Part shown: positions 26,601 to 35,500 of the stretch, piece after piece | Numbering within the stretch: position 1 is the first letter of the stretch | Layout: each line of letters opens with the position of its first letter | Source of the DNA: Harriotta raleighana | Lineage: Eukaryota | Direction: 5' to 3' | Length of the DNA: 64,000 bases | NCBI GenBank assembly: GCA_050575255.1 | Contig: JBNZDD010013670.1 | Span: forward strand, 310,001-374,000 | Position numbers and translations under genes: made by a program | The notes under the pieces: model-generated | What the model was told of the DNA's origin: nothing | Databases searched by the model: none | The model's input: the letters and a program-made list of their open reading frames with translations, nothing else

Positions 26601-26832
26601 GTAAATAATAATATAATCCTTGCATTTGATATAGCACTTTATCACTTTGTCTAGAAATCTCACAGGAAACACTGATGTGACTGTATTTGGGCTACAAACT
26701 TTTTTCTTGCTGTTTTGTGTTGGATAAATCACAAACTGAAAAAAAAACACAGTCTCACCTCTTCAGAGCCAGGTTCATCCCGCAGATAGTTTTTATGATC
26801 CTGGCAATTCTTTTGAAAGTTCCCATTTCCAT
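5521..26832 (-). CDS. CNBD2-like cyclic nucleotide-binding domain protein; gene model with 10 coding exons in the window, 3'-incomplete
   Basis: Ten exons with AG/GT boundaries and matching phases (74+112+75+89+163+84+65+78+61+154 = 955 nt) join into one open frame: MEMGTFKRIARIIKTICGMNLALKRYINKTKVTQW...YETQTVIVREGHQPESCYFVLTGK...EIEEGDLFGEATLLTNKKRPATIVCKTNVELLLINKADF...LRSLPIFTPWSLENL...SFIVVVKSGRCDIV. This is one cNMP-binding domain followed by the start of a second, the CNBD1/CNBD2 architecture. Orthology is not established, so no symbol is given. Confidence 0.88.
6318..6520. repeat. Palindromic element with a hammerhead-like core, probably Penelope-like pseudo-LTR derived
   Basis: 50-nt inverted arms 6381-6430 and 6464-6513 (44/50 complementary); CTGATGA at 6443-6449, GGTC-ATG-GACC hairpin, GAAAC at 6464-6468. 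Confidence 0.6.
7363..7423 (-). CDS. CNBD2-like exon 9 (SGTAVILESRNSSFIVVVKS)
   Basis: Acceptor tttcttccctctcacag|, donor |GTAAGT, 61 nt, phase 2 to 0. Confidence 0.85.
8690..9005 (-). mobile_element. L2 LINE 3' fragment
   Basis: SFKSHLKTLLF and the same L2 tail as the other copies. Confidence 0.82.
9585..9662 (-). CDS. CNBD2-like exon 8 (SLPIFTPWSLENLLLLSHSCLLRHY-R)
   Basis: Acceptor tgttcctgcag|, donor AG|GTCAGA, 78 nt, phase 2 to 2. The 'LPIF..W' motif opens the second CNB domain. Confidence 0.85.
10281..11070 (+). mobile_element. tRNA-derived, Deu-domain-like SINE interrupted by a solo LTR
   Basis: Head tagcactc...gaaggttgcaggttcaagcc, body taaagatcccatggcactattt, L2-like tail aagcgctttgagatgtcctcctgatgtgaaaggc. 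A homologous uninterrupted copy lies at ~16139-16545. Confidence 0.72.
10430..10821 (-). mobile_element. Solo LTR, 392 bp (Gypsy or ERV1-like)
   Basis: TGTAGGA...TCCTCCA termini; 4-bp target duplication GATG (10426-10429 and 10822-10825); minus-strand TATATAAA (10585-10578) followed by AATAAA (10506-10501). Confidence 0.82.
12165..13460 (-). mobile_element. CR1-clade LINE 3' fragment, with a short second CR1 tail nested at ~12597-12645
   Basis: RT peptides [54 protein letters not shown], TRGH; (TTCTTATG)n tail. Confidence 0.9.
13610..14240 (+). mobile_element. L2 LINE 3' fragment
   Basis: Same family as 2091-2650; SFKSRLKTLLFD; (TTG)n tail. Confidence 0.87.
15996..16060 (-). CDS. CNBD2-like exon 7 (DFTSTLDKFLQQRYNGIIDLL-R)
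   Basis: Acceptor ttttaattctcag|, donor AG|GTACAG, 65 nt, phase 0 to 2. Hinge/C-helix starting 'DF'. Confidence 0.82.
16139..16545 (+). mobile_element. tRNA-derived, Deu-domain-like SINE
   Basis: tagcactcttatctctgagtcagaaggttgtgtgttcaagcccc head, taaagatcccatggca core, tail atcaaatgcaa..tattat. Confidence 0.72.
16667..17525. mobile_element. MITE of the CAGTAAAA family, spanning an assembly gap
   Basis: TA|CAGTAAAACCTTGTTTATC ... GATAAATGAGGTTTTACTG|TA; interior closely similar to 55016-55666 and 63394-64000. Confidence 0.82.
18760..18843 (-). CDS. CNBD2-like exon 6 (EATLLTNKKRPATIVCKTNVELLLINKA), phosphate-binding cassette
   Basis: Acceptor tttatttttcag|, donor |GTATGT, 84 nt, after a 98-nt intron. 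Completes the FGE...R.AT cassette. Confidence 0.92.
18942..19104 (-). CDS. CNBD2-like exon 5 (YETQTVIVREGHQPESCYFVLTGK...EIEEGDLFG)
   Basis: Acceptor tttcattttag|, donor |GTGAGA, 163 nt. Carries the cNMP beta-barrel motifs 'VIVREG...YFVLTG' and 'EGDLFG'. Confidence 0.92.
20009..20097 (-). CDS. CNBD2-like exon 4 (IQSLLRKNQTFQVLPHNVQLEVCQAAVYQ-Q)
   Basis: Acceptor ttttgttttaaag|, donor |GTAAGT, 89 nt, phase 0 to 2. Encodes the N-terminal helices of the CNB domain. Confidence 0.85.
20549..20623 (-). CDS. CNBD2-like exon 3 (ERDSAKLRSLLYVSPLLRSKQELAL)
   Basis: Acceptor ttttattgcag|, donor |GTAATA, 75 nt, phase 0 to 0. Resembles the 'KPSWRTEDEI' segment that precedes the CNB domain in CNBD2. Confidence 0.8.
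21628..21739 (-). CDS. CNBD2-like exon 2 (YINKTKVTQWVANLLKKQAVLDKELLFNIHSFTKKKN)
   Basis: Acceptor tttgtttttcag|, donor |GTTAGT, 112 nt, phase 2 to 0. Confidence 0.8.
23728..24042 (+). mobile_element. tRNA-derived SINE, full length
   Basis: A box tagctcagtgg, B box gagttcaattcc, tail atcaaatgcaaggattattatt. Confidence 0.82.
25964..26370 (-). mobile_element. tRNA-derived SINE
   Basis: Reverse complement of the same family, from tail aataataatccttgcattt to head gctctaatcactaag..ggactcc. Confidence 0.78.
26759..26832 (-). CDS. CNBD2-like coding exon 1 (MEMGTFKRIARIIKTICGMNLALK-R)
   Basis: ATG at 26832-26830; donor AG|GTGAGA in phase 2 matches the next exon. The frame stays open upstream to an acceptor (tgcatgcag|, exon start 26872), so the true start codon is uncertain. 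Confidence 0.72.
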
Positions 26833-28497
26833 GCTGTTGTTCCTTTTACCATCAAGATGCACTTGAAGAGTACTGCATGCACAAACAAACCACATACACA
26901 ATAAGGTTTAACTAAGGCTCGCAACAAAGTCTTCACTAACTTTGAACTTGCAGAAGGACCTAATACAGTAACTGCCAGACCTAATGGGCAAAGGGCTATC
27001 CATTCCCTTCTGCATCCAGGTGAAGTTCACAATGTATTGTTAGGTGCACCGAACCCTGGCCAATGACAAGCAATCAGTGCAATTCAATCGGAGAGCAGTA
27101 TTTCACTAGAGTCCCCATGTGATCCATTCCATAACATAGGAATTCCAGTATATCAGCCTGACAACTCCTGATTCACAACTGAAAGAAGGTGTGCCTCTCT
27201 CTCTAGTGAGGCTTATGCCTGAACCATGCAAAGCTCCTCCACATTCCCCACTCAATCTCTCATTCCCCTTATTTGGCAATCGACACCTCCATTACCATAG
27301 ATATTGGCACATGGAAATGTTCTACTGTCTTTCTGCTACATTTTTAAAAATTGCGTTTGATTTTCTTTCTGCGCGTTATACAAAAACTGCCAGTGATTCA
27401 ATTAAAAAACACAAACAACATGCTGTGTTCTTTACCAAATAGTATCCATGCAAAATATTGGATCAATTGTTAACTGGCATACCTCCTTGCAAGGGTGAGA
27501 TCAAAGGATGTAAGGTTTGCAGTGTTGTAGTAACATAACAATAGGTAGATTTGCTTGTAATAAATGTCATTATGCTATATAACTCTGGTTATCTACGTGT
27601 ATCTGCACTCACAGAGTACAGAGTGGGTTGCTAACTATTTCTGCTATTAAAGTTTGGTTTTCGATCAGATGATTTTGCCAAAGCTAACATTATGTTGTCA
27701 ATGAAGACTTGGGAGACAGTCAATGGCAACTGTGCCCTCCCCGAGTGGAGGCTAGTGAGAGACCTGGGTTCAATTCCAGACAGGGCAAAACCGTGGGCAA
27801 CTTTTCTTACTCCACACACCTAATAATAATGCCTCAAAAATAATAACAATAAGAAATTGGTCATTTCAACCCAAGACTGTTTGTGAGACACTGCTGTGTG
27901 CAATTGGCTGTCGAGTCTCACCTACATAAATACAGTGAATTCACTTTACAGTATACTCTATGAAGCGCTTTGAAACGTCTAGAAGACATGAAAAGCGCTA
28001 TATCAAATGCAAGGATTATTATTATTATTACCAGAGTTCCAGTTAAAAATAAATGTTTTGTTTAATTTAACTCTCCCTCTAAAATTTATATTCATATGGA
28101 GAGTATTGAGCGCCCGTGTGCTTGTAGGGAATTCATGCCTAGTAAGGGAATTGGACCTGAGCAGGGGGATCGAGATCTGGAACGGTGGAAGGCAGGGGTA
28201 GGAGGTATGGCCGAAGGTATAATCGAGGAAGAGGATCATGAGACATGCCTTGAAGGAGGCAAGGGAGGGAGCAAGGAAAGGGGACTATTGTAAAGTGGAT
28301 TGATTGTTTATTTTGTAGAATACAATGACTTGGAAGAGAATGCTAACCAGTTGCTTCCTGAGAAGGAATAAAGTTTGTTTTCAACAAGTGACCTTCGACA
28401 CCAAATGTTTAGTCACTTAGTTCTCTCTTAAGTCTCTCATAAGACCAAATACTAAGCCCATCAGTGTTTCTAACAAATAGCTTAGACATTCTTTCCA

Positions 28498-28770
28498 ATA
28501 ACAACAACAACAACAACAACAACAAAAACAAAACAGCAAGATTATATTTATAGAGAGCCTTTCACGGGAGGATGTCCCAAGGCGCTGAACAGTTAGGTCG
28601 GGACCTGAGCTGGGGTGAAGGGTAGGGGAAAGGGGACGGAGAGTAGGAAAGGGGCAAGAAGACAGAAGACACGGTCGAAGAGACCGGCCTTGAAGGAGGA
28701 AAGGGAGGAAGTGAGGCGAAAGGATTGCGGGATGGAGGCAGAGGCAGAGTGTGGAGGCAGAGAGGCTGAA
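28498..28770 (-). mobile_element. L2 3' fragment with an expanded (CAA)n tail
   Basis: (ACA)n at ~28500-28525 followed by the reverse-complemented L2 3' end. Confidence 0.75.
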
Positions 28771-29189
28771 AGTGCATTATGTGCATATTGAGAAGAAGCT
28801 GATGTGACAACATAGGTTTTGAAAGGAGATTGTATCTATCTGCATTGCCTCCACAACCTTAAATAAAATGGAAGGAAACATGCACAATGCTGGTGTCTTA
28901 CAGTTGGACACTCCACCCTATGTTGTTTGTCTTTTCAAACTGACCTTTAGTTGTCTCTTATGCCATCAGTCTGGGCAGTATTAAAACCAAGCTGTGATGA
29001 GATGAAAGCAAATGTTTCATCCTCAAGGGAAGTTGAAGTTATAAATATATTTTGCACTTGGCTATTAAACAGATTTACAATCAGAATCCTTTCAACATGT
29101 TATTACATGATGATTGAATGGTTTGTGTTTAAAGTTCTTCAAAGCTCAAATGTTTTCACCTGTGCATTGTTCACATTCTTTCAAGAAAA

Positions 29190-29700
29190 ATAACAACTTG
29201 CATTTATATAGCGACTTTATGCTGGACAGGCATAGGAGCACTTAACAGCCCAATGCTTAGCCAGAGGAAGGGGGAAGGTGAACGTAGGCACGGTCGAAGA
29301 GGAAATTTCTCAAGCAGGACTTGAAAGTGTAGAGAAAGGGGGTAAGGCAAAGGTATTGAGAGAGATAATTCCACAGCTTTGTGGCACAGAGGCTAAAAGC
29401 ACAGTTGCTGATGGTAGGGTGGAGGATGCAAGGGACAAGAAGGAGGCTGGAGCCAGTCGAGAGGACGTAGAGGGCAATGCTGGTGTCCGAAGAGAGCAAG
29501 TTGGAGAGACAGAGGGGTGAAGGGATTTAAATACAATAGTGAGGATCTTGAAATCGATCTGCTCTGCAGGGAGCCAATTGAATTTCACTGTTCAAAAATG
29601 GGTCCCACACTAGGATAATAGAGGAAACAGTGCGGGTGAGAATGTAGGCAGTGGAATTTTGAATTAGTTGGATTTTGTGAATAGTGGAGCAGGGGACACC
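29190..29700 (-). mobile_element. Older L2 3' fragment
   Basis: IQLIQNSTAYILT, WLPAEQIDFKIL, FKSCLRNFLFDRA. Confidence 0.78.
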
Positions 29701-30551
29701 ATCGATCTTCAATAATTTTATTATATATTCAAACATTTTTAAAAAGCTCAACATTTTACTCTATCATGAATTTGCTTTCTTGAAGATATTGTCTGTACAT
29801 TTCAATCATACATTTCTTAGGAGGTAATAAAACATATGACTAACTCAACATTTAAAATAATCAGTGATGTTTCCCTTCGCTGAGTTATTTATCGTCCAAT
29901 GTATTTAAAAATCATTCTGGTGTAAATCTCTGGTTTGAGATTTGCCACAATTTGTTAATTTAAATGCTTTTACTGTATTTCAATTTTATAAGCCATATGA
30001 CATATTACATTTTCTAATTACATTTATCCTTTCGGTGGACATATTCTTTAAGCTATGCTTTGATAGTAATTAGAAAATAAAACATTTATCCAACTCTTGG
30101 TACCTAATTTCAGCTCTAAGTATGTTAAGTAAACAGTGGCAAGGCAAAACGTAGGGCAAGTTTCCTTAATCCACACACCTCTGTTCACCTAGCAGTGAGT
30201 AGGAACACAGTTATTAAATCGAAATAGTTGTTGTTGTTAGTTAATAAATAAACAATAATAATTTGGTCATTAAATCTGTTTGTGGGACAATGCTGTGCGT
30301 AATTTGTAGATGCGGTTCACCCACAAAATCTACAGTCAGTTCACTTTACAGTATATTATGTGAAGCGTTTTAAAATATCTCGAAGATGTGATAAGATGCT
30401 ACATCAAATGCAAGGATTACTATGTATAAGCACTAAAGATAATAATACATGTACAACCCAATACTTCTCCAACAATGACCAGAATATCCATTCAGTTTGT
30501 GGCTTGCTTTGCTGAGTAAAATTGGTCATTTCAATCCACGACTGTTGTGGG

Positions 30552-31640
30552 ACATAAGAACATAAGAATTAGGAGCAGGAATAGGCCATTCGGCCCTTCG
30601 AGCCTGCCCAGCTATTCAATAAGATCATGATCTTCTGACCTAACTCTAATTATCTGCTCTATCCGCATATGCCCTAATCCCTCTATTTTAAAAAAAATCT
30701 TATCAGTCTCAGCCTTGAAAATGTTCAAGGGCTGAGCATCTATAGCCTTCTGGGGTAGTGAATTCCTCTGAGTGAAGAAATGTTTTCTCAACTCTGTTCT
30801 AAAAGGCTGACCCTTAATTTTAAGGCTGTGACCCCTGGTTACAGATTCTCCTACCAGGGGAAACAATCCCTCAATGTCTACTTTATCCAGCCCTTTAAGA
30901 ATCTTATATGTTTCAATAAGATACCCCCTAATTCTTCTATACTCTAGAGAATACAGCCCTAGTTTATTCAACCTATCCTCATAGGTCAGTCCCCTCATCC
31001 CAGGAACTAACCTGGTAAATCTATGCTGCATCCCCTCTAAGGCAAGTATGTCCTTTTTTAAATAACAAGACCAAAACTGCACACAATGCTCTAGGTGGGG
31101 TCTCACCAAAGCCCTATACAGTTGCAGCAAGACTTCCCTATTCTTGCACACTAAACCTTTTGAAATGAATGCCAGCATGCCGTTCGCCTTCTTAGTTGCT
31201 GCTGCACCTGCAAACTAACTTTTTGAGACTGGTGTACAAGGACACCCAAATCCCTTTGAATACTAACACTATCTAACCTCTCCCCCTCTAGAAAATAATC
31301 CATTCTTTTATTTTTGCTACCTAGGTGAATAATTTCACACTTGCCAACATTAAATTCCATCTGCCACCTACTTGCCCACTCCCCTAGCCTATCTATATCT
31401 TGTTGCAATCTTTTTGCATCAATCTCAGAGCTCACTCTCCTACCTAGTTTAGTGTCATCCGCGAATTTAGATACATTACATTAAATGTCCTCGTCTAGAT
31501 CATTGGTGTAAATAGTAAATAGCTGAGGCAAAGCACTGATCCTTGTGGCACTCCACTAGTTAAATCCTGCCAATTCGAGAATGACCCGTTTATCCCTACT
31601 CTCTGTTTTCTACCCGTTAGCCACTCTTCAGTCCATGTTA
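30552..31640 (-). mobile_element. CR1 LINE 3' fragment (young), inserted into a SINE
   Basis: [50 protein letters not shown]. The SINE sequence gactgttgtggg...acactgct..gctgcc resumes across it. Confidence 0.92.
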
Positions 31641-32400
31641 ACACTGCTGGCTGCCATGTTTCTCCCACAAATATACAGTCAATTCAGTTTACAGTATATT
31701 TTGTGAGATGCTTTGAAACATCTGGAAGATGTGAAAAAACACTATATCAAATGCAAGGATTATTATTATTACAGGTTTACCCTGTACTTCCAAATCTGCC
31801 ATGGAATAAGATGGACTTTCGCAGTATATAGTGGTTTTGTTTAGGCCCAGGTGAATAAAGATATAAATATTGTATAATGGATGGCAGAATAAGGATTAAT
31901 ACTGAATGCAATGTCAACATGGTCTATTGACTAAAGGTATGGCTTGTACAATGGTTATCATTAAACAAACTTGTCAATCATTCTTAAGGTATTCATATTA
32001 TGTTATTAGATAATTTAATGAGCTAGAAAAGTCTCACGTTTCCCACAACATTTATTTAAAATCTAATAACAGATTGAAAACTGCCTTCTTCTTATTCTAC
32101 AGCGAGTTCCCTAATGGACGATGCATAAATCAATATCTCAACCTGGCTTTAGTCACTGTAATGGAATCTGTATGGATTGTAAATGACTTGGCAGACATAA
32201 CTCAAGGGAACTATACAGCAACATGATTGATTGAAACTCCAATCCAATAATGTTTGTGTGCGATAGTGTTTAATTCCATTAAAGCATCACTTGGATCCTA
32301 TTATGCAGAGTGTATACATGATGTCTTCTGATTTGTGTTCATCTACATTGACCAAAGTAAGTTTGACAAATGTTCCCTATCTGGAGGTCTGCTTAAAGAG

Positions 32401-32527
32401 ATGTCAGCGTTACTAAGAGATGAGTTGAAGAAGAAAATGTTTAAACCGAATGGGGATCGGCTGTTTGCTGTGGTAGAAATAATGACATCAACACAGGAAG
32501 ATGCAAGGTATTACCTTTGTACTTCAG
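32401..32527 (+). CDS. EXOC1L: EXOC1L coding exon 1
   Basis: ATG at 32401; MSALLRDELKKKMFKPNGDRLFAVVEIMTSTQEDARYYLCTS; donor G|GTAATA, phase 1. Confidence 0.9.
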
Positions 32528-35500
32528 GTAATATTAACATTTATATACTATAGCATGTTGTTCTCATTATCTATTACAGTATTTGTGAATATATATTAGA
32601 CAATTTGCAGGAAATTTAATTTTAATTTACTTCGATGAGAGTCGGGATTAAGCAAAGAATGAATATGGTTATTTTCTCAATATTATCCTAATGATTATAA
32701 AACAAAACCGAAAAGTTAAATAACTAAACTGAGATTACACACTTACAATAAACCAACTTGTTCCTAAATGATCCTCTGTTTTGTAAGCACAATGATTGCT
32801 GCTCTAAGTCTGCATGGACTTATGATATTTCACATTTTACTTTCACTGTTTATGTATGTGCTCATTGCTTCACTTCTGATCTTCTCGAACTAATGGGTTT
32901 GCAGAATTTACCTTGCAAGAATGATTACTTTCTTTTGTCTGAATAATTCGAGAAGCTGGTCTGGAGTTTTGACTTTGTATTTCACTTAGCTAAATGAAAT
33001 ATGTTTATACTAACTTGAAATAAGGAGCAATTTTTATTGTCTTTTTTGCTTGCATAATACTTGTCATTAATTCAGTGCCAATCAGTAGGCTAATGGCTTC
33101 TCTGAATTCATATTAAGTTACTAGCTCAAAAACAATTGGTCACTCAATCCACAACCGTCTATGAGCCACTGCTGTGCACAATTGGCTGTCATGTTTGGCC
33201 ACAAAATACAATTTATTCACTTAACAATGTATTCTGTGAAGTGCTTTGAGGTGTCTCAAAAATGTGATCATTCTTGGATTTGATCCTTGCATTTAATAAG
33301 GTACTACATCAAATACTGTGTAAGGATTGTTATTAGTGGTAGCTAGCATGAGCCACTGTGGGCTTGCGTTTGCCTTACAGAATTTTGGGGCTTGAATACT
33401 TGGTCCCTATTCAAAAAGAGAAGGGAGTTTCTCCCAGTGTCATGGACAACAATCCCACCCAAATAAAATTGGCTATTCACTTCATGGCTATTTATGGGAC
33501 ATGGCTGCGTGCAAATTGACTGCCATGCATCCTTGTTGAATCATTTTGAAATATCCTCACAATGTTTATACCAAATGCAAGAATTTTTAATTATTATTAT
33601 TTTGATAATGTTGGGATGTGGTATTTACCAAACACTGATGTAGACATCAACGGACAGAATTTGCAATGATAAATATATTGACTATTGCAACAACAACAAC
33701 ACATTACATTTTTAAAGCACCTTTCGTGACAGGAGGATGTCCAAAGGTACTGGACAGTCAGGGATTTGGGCCGAGATAGTGGTTGGGTTCTGCAGAGCTG
33801 AAGGGCAGGAAGTGTAAAGGATAGGAGGCTGACAGAAGGCAAGTCATAGAGAAAGGTTTTGTATCAGGCCTTGAAGGCGGCAAGGGAGGAGGGGAGGCAA
33901 AAGGTCTGCGGGATGGAGTTGCAAAGGGTGAAGGCCTGACCACCAATGGTCTGCCTCAAGACTTTCCTCTTCAATTACGTTTTTGGGTATCTTCCCACCA
34001 CCACATGCCTTACCCTCCATTCATTCTGACTGGAATCTGCAGCTCAGCTACAAACCCTTTATTGTCCAGCACCATGGGATATCCTCCAGACATGAAAGGC
34101 ACAATATAAATACAACTTGGTATTGGTGGAGGAGATTACCTATATGGTGGAGGAGATTACCTGAGAGGCCATCCTTTGCATGATATGTGAAACCAAGCTC
34201 ATATCTATTTGTCCAGGTGGACATATTCTGATCCTATGACACTATTTGACAAGAGAAGGGAGTTTCTCCCAGTATCATTTCAAATAATTCTCCAGATAAA
34301 ATGGTCACTCATCTCATTGCTATTTGTGAGAACCTGTGTTGAGTAAGTTGCCTGCTGCATTTGCCTGCAAATGATGTTGCAATATTGTATTGGTTTTCTG
34401 AATGCCCTTTTGTAAATCTTATAGTCCACATGGCCTCAAATGATCTTCCTTCATTCCATGCCTTATATTAGGAATGAGGGAAAGTCATATATTTAGCCCT
34501 TAAAGTCTGCTCCTTCCCATTTCGCAAAAATCCACTCTAACTTGAACTGCATCTCCTCAAGCACCTAGTTTTCTGATGTCAAAGCCAATCAAGCAAAAAC
34601 TGATCTCTTTCACGCCATCGCTTTGATCTTTAGGCATGCATCAGATCATATTATATCATTGCTAACTAATAACCATGGCTAGAAATGATTGATAAAAATA
34701 CACCACAGAGGCACTAGTTATATTGACTGGCAATTCCCAATCAATCAATTCTGCTGGGAGTGAATTTACCTCAAACTTGAAAATCTTATCTAAATGAATG
34801 TTTTACATTTTGCCTTATATTGTGTTACTTTGTTATAAGATTGAAATTTGCACTTCTCTAACAGCTTTCTTTAGCAATCAATGTGGTGAAGCTTTCTGCC
34901 TGAGGAAAAAAAAATATCCAGTCAAGAACATTAAGTGATCATTGGCAGGCGAGCCATTAGCCACTCTGCTCCCAACCTCTGGAACACCATCCCGCAGTCC
35001 CTCCTCCTCATCCCTTCCCTACCCTCCTTCAAGTCCCGCCTCAAAACTCCTCCGCAACTCCTAATCCCTCCCTTCCCTCCTTCCCATTCCCCCACAGCAC
35101 CCTGGCCTCAGCTTGGGTCTGACACAATGTCTGTCCAGCATCTTGGGATGTCCTCCTGATGTGAAAGCGCTATACAAGTGTAATTTTATTGTTGTTGTTG
35201 TTTTTGGATCCAGTTTAAAGAGGCTTGTAACTGAGTTAATCATCTATTTACATCCCGAAGTGATTTATCCTCAGGGTTGGTGGGCTCTACAAAGAATCTG
35301 CACAGATTTAGTTTAGAAAACAGGTTAAAGGACAAGATGATTGGATTGCTCAGGAGGAGTAACTATGACTCTCTTAATCGTGTCTTCACATTTATTTACT
35401 TGTAGTGTTCTGTTCACTATTGGTGACTGGTATGAATGGCTCTCTCCAGGTCCTTTATGCCTTACTGTACTGAATATTTCTGACTCAAGTCTTCATTCTG

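Noticed and set aside
30612-31435. 188-aa and 94-aa reverse-transcriptase-like ORFs as a host gene
   Set aside because: They are a frameshifted, 5'-truncated CR1 ORF2 fragment.
1-32000. Neuromedin U (NMU) exons expected from human synteny
   Set aside because: No FLFHYS, YFLFR or PRNGRR coding segments were found by eye. The minus-strand exons here encode a CNB-domain protein. NMU may lie further left.
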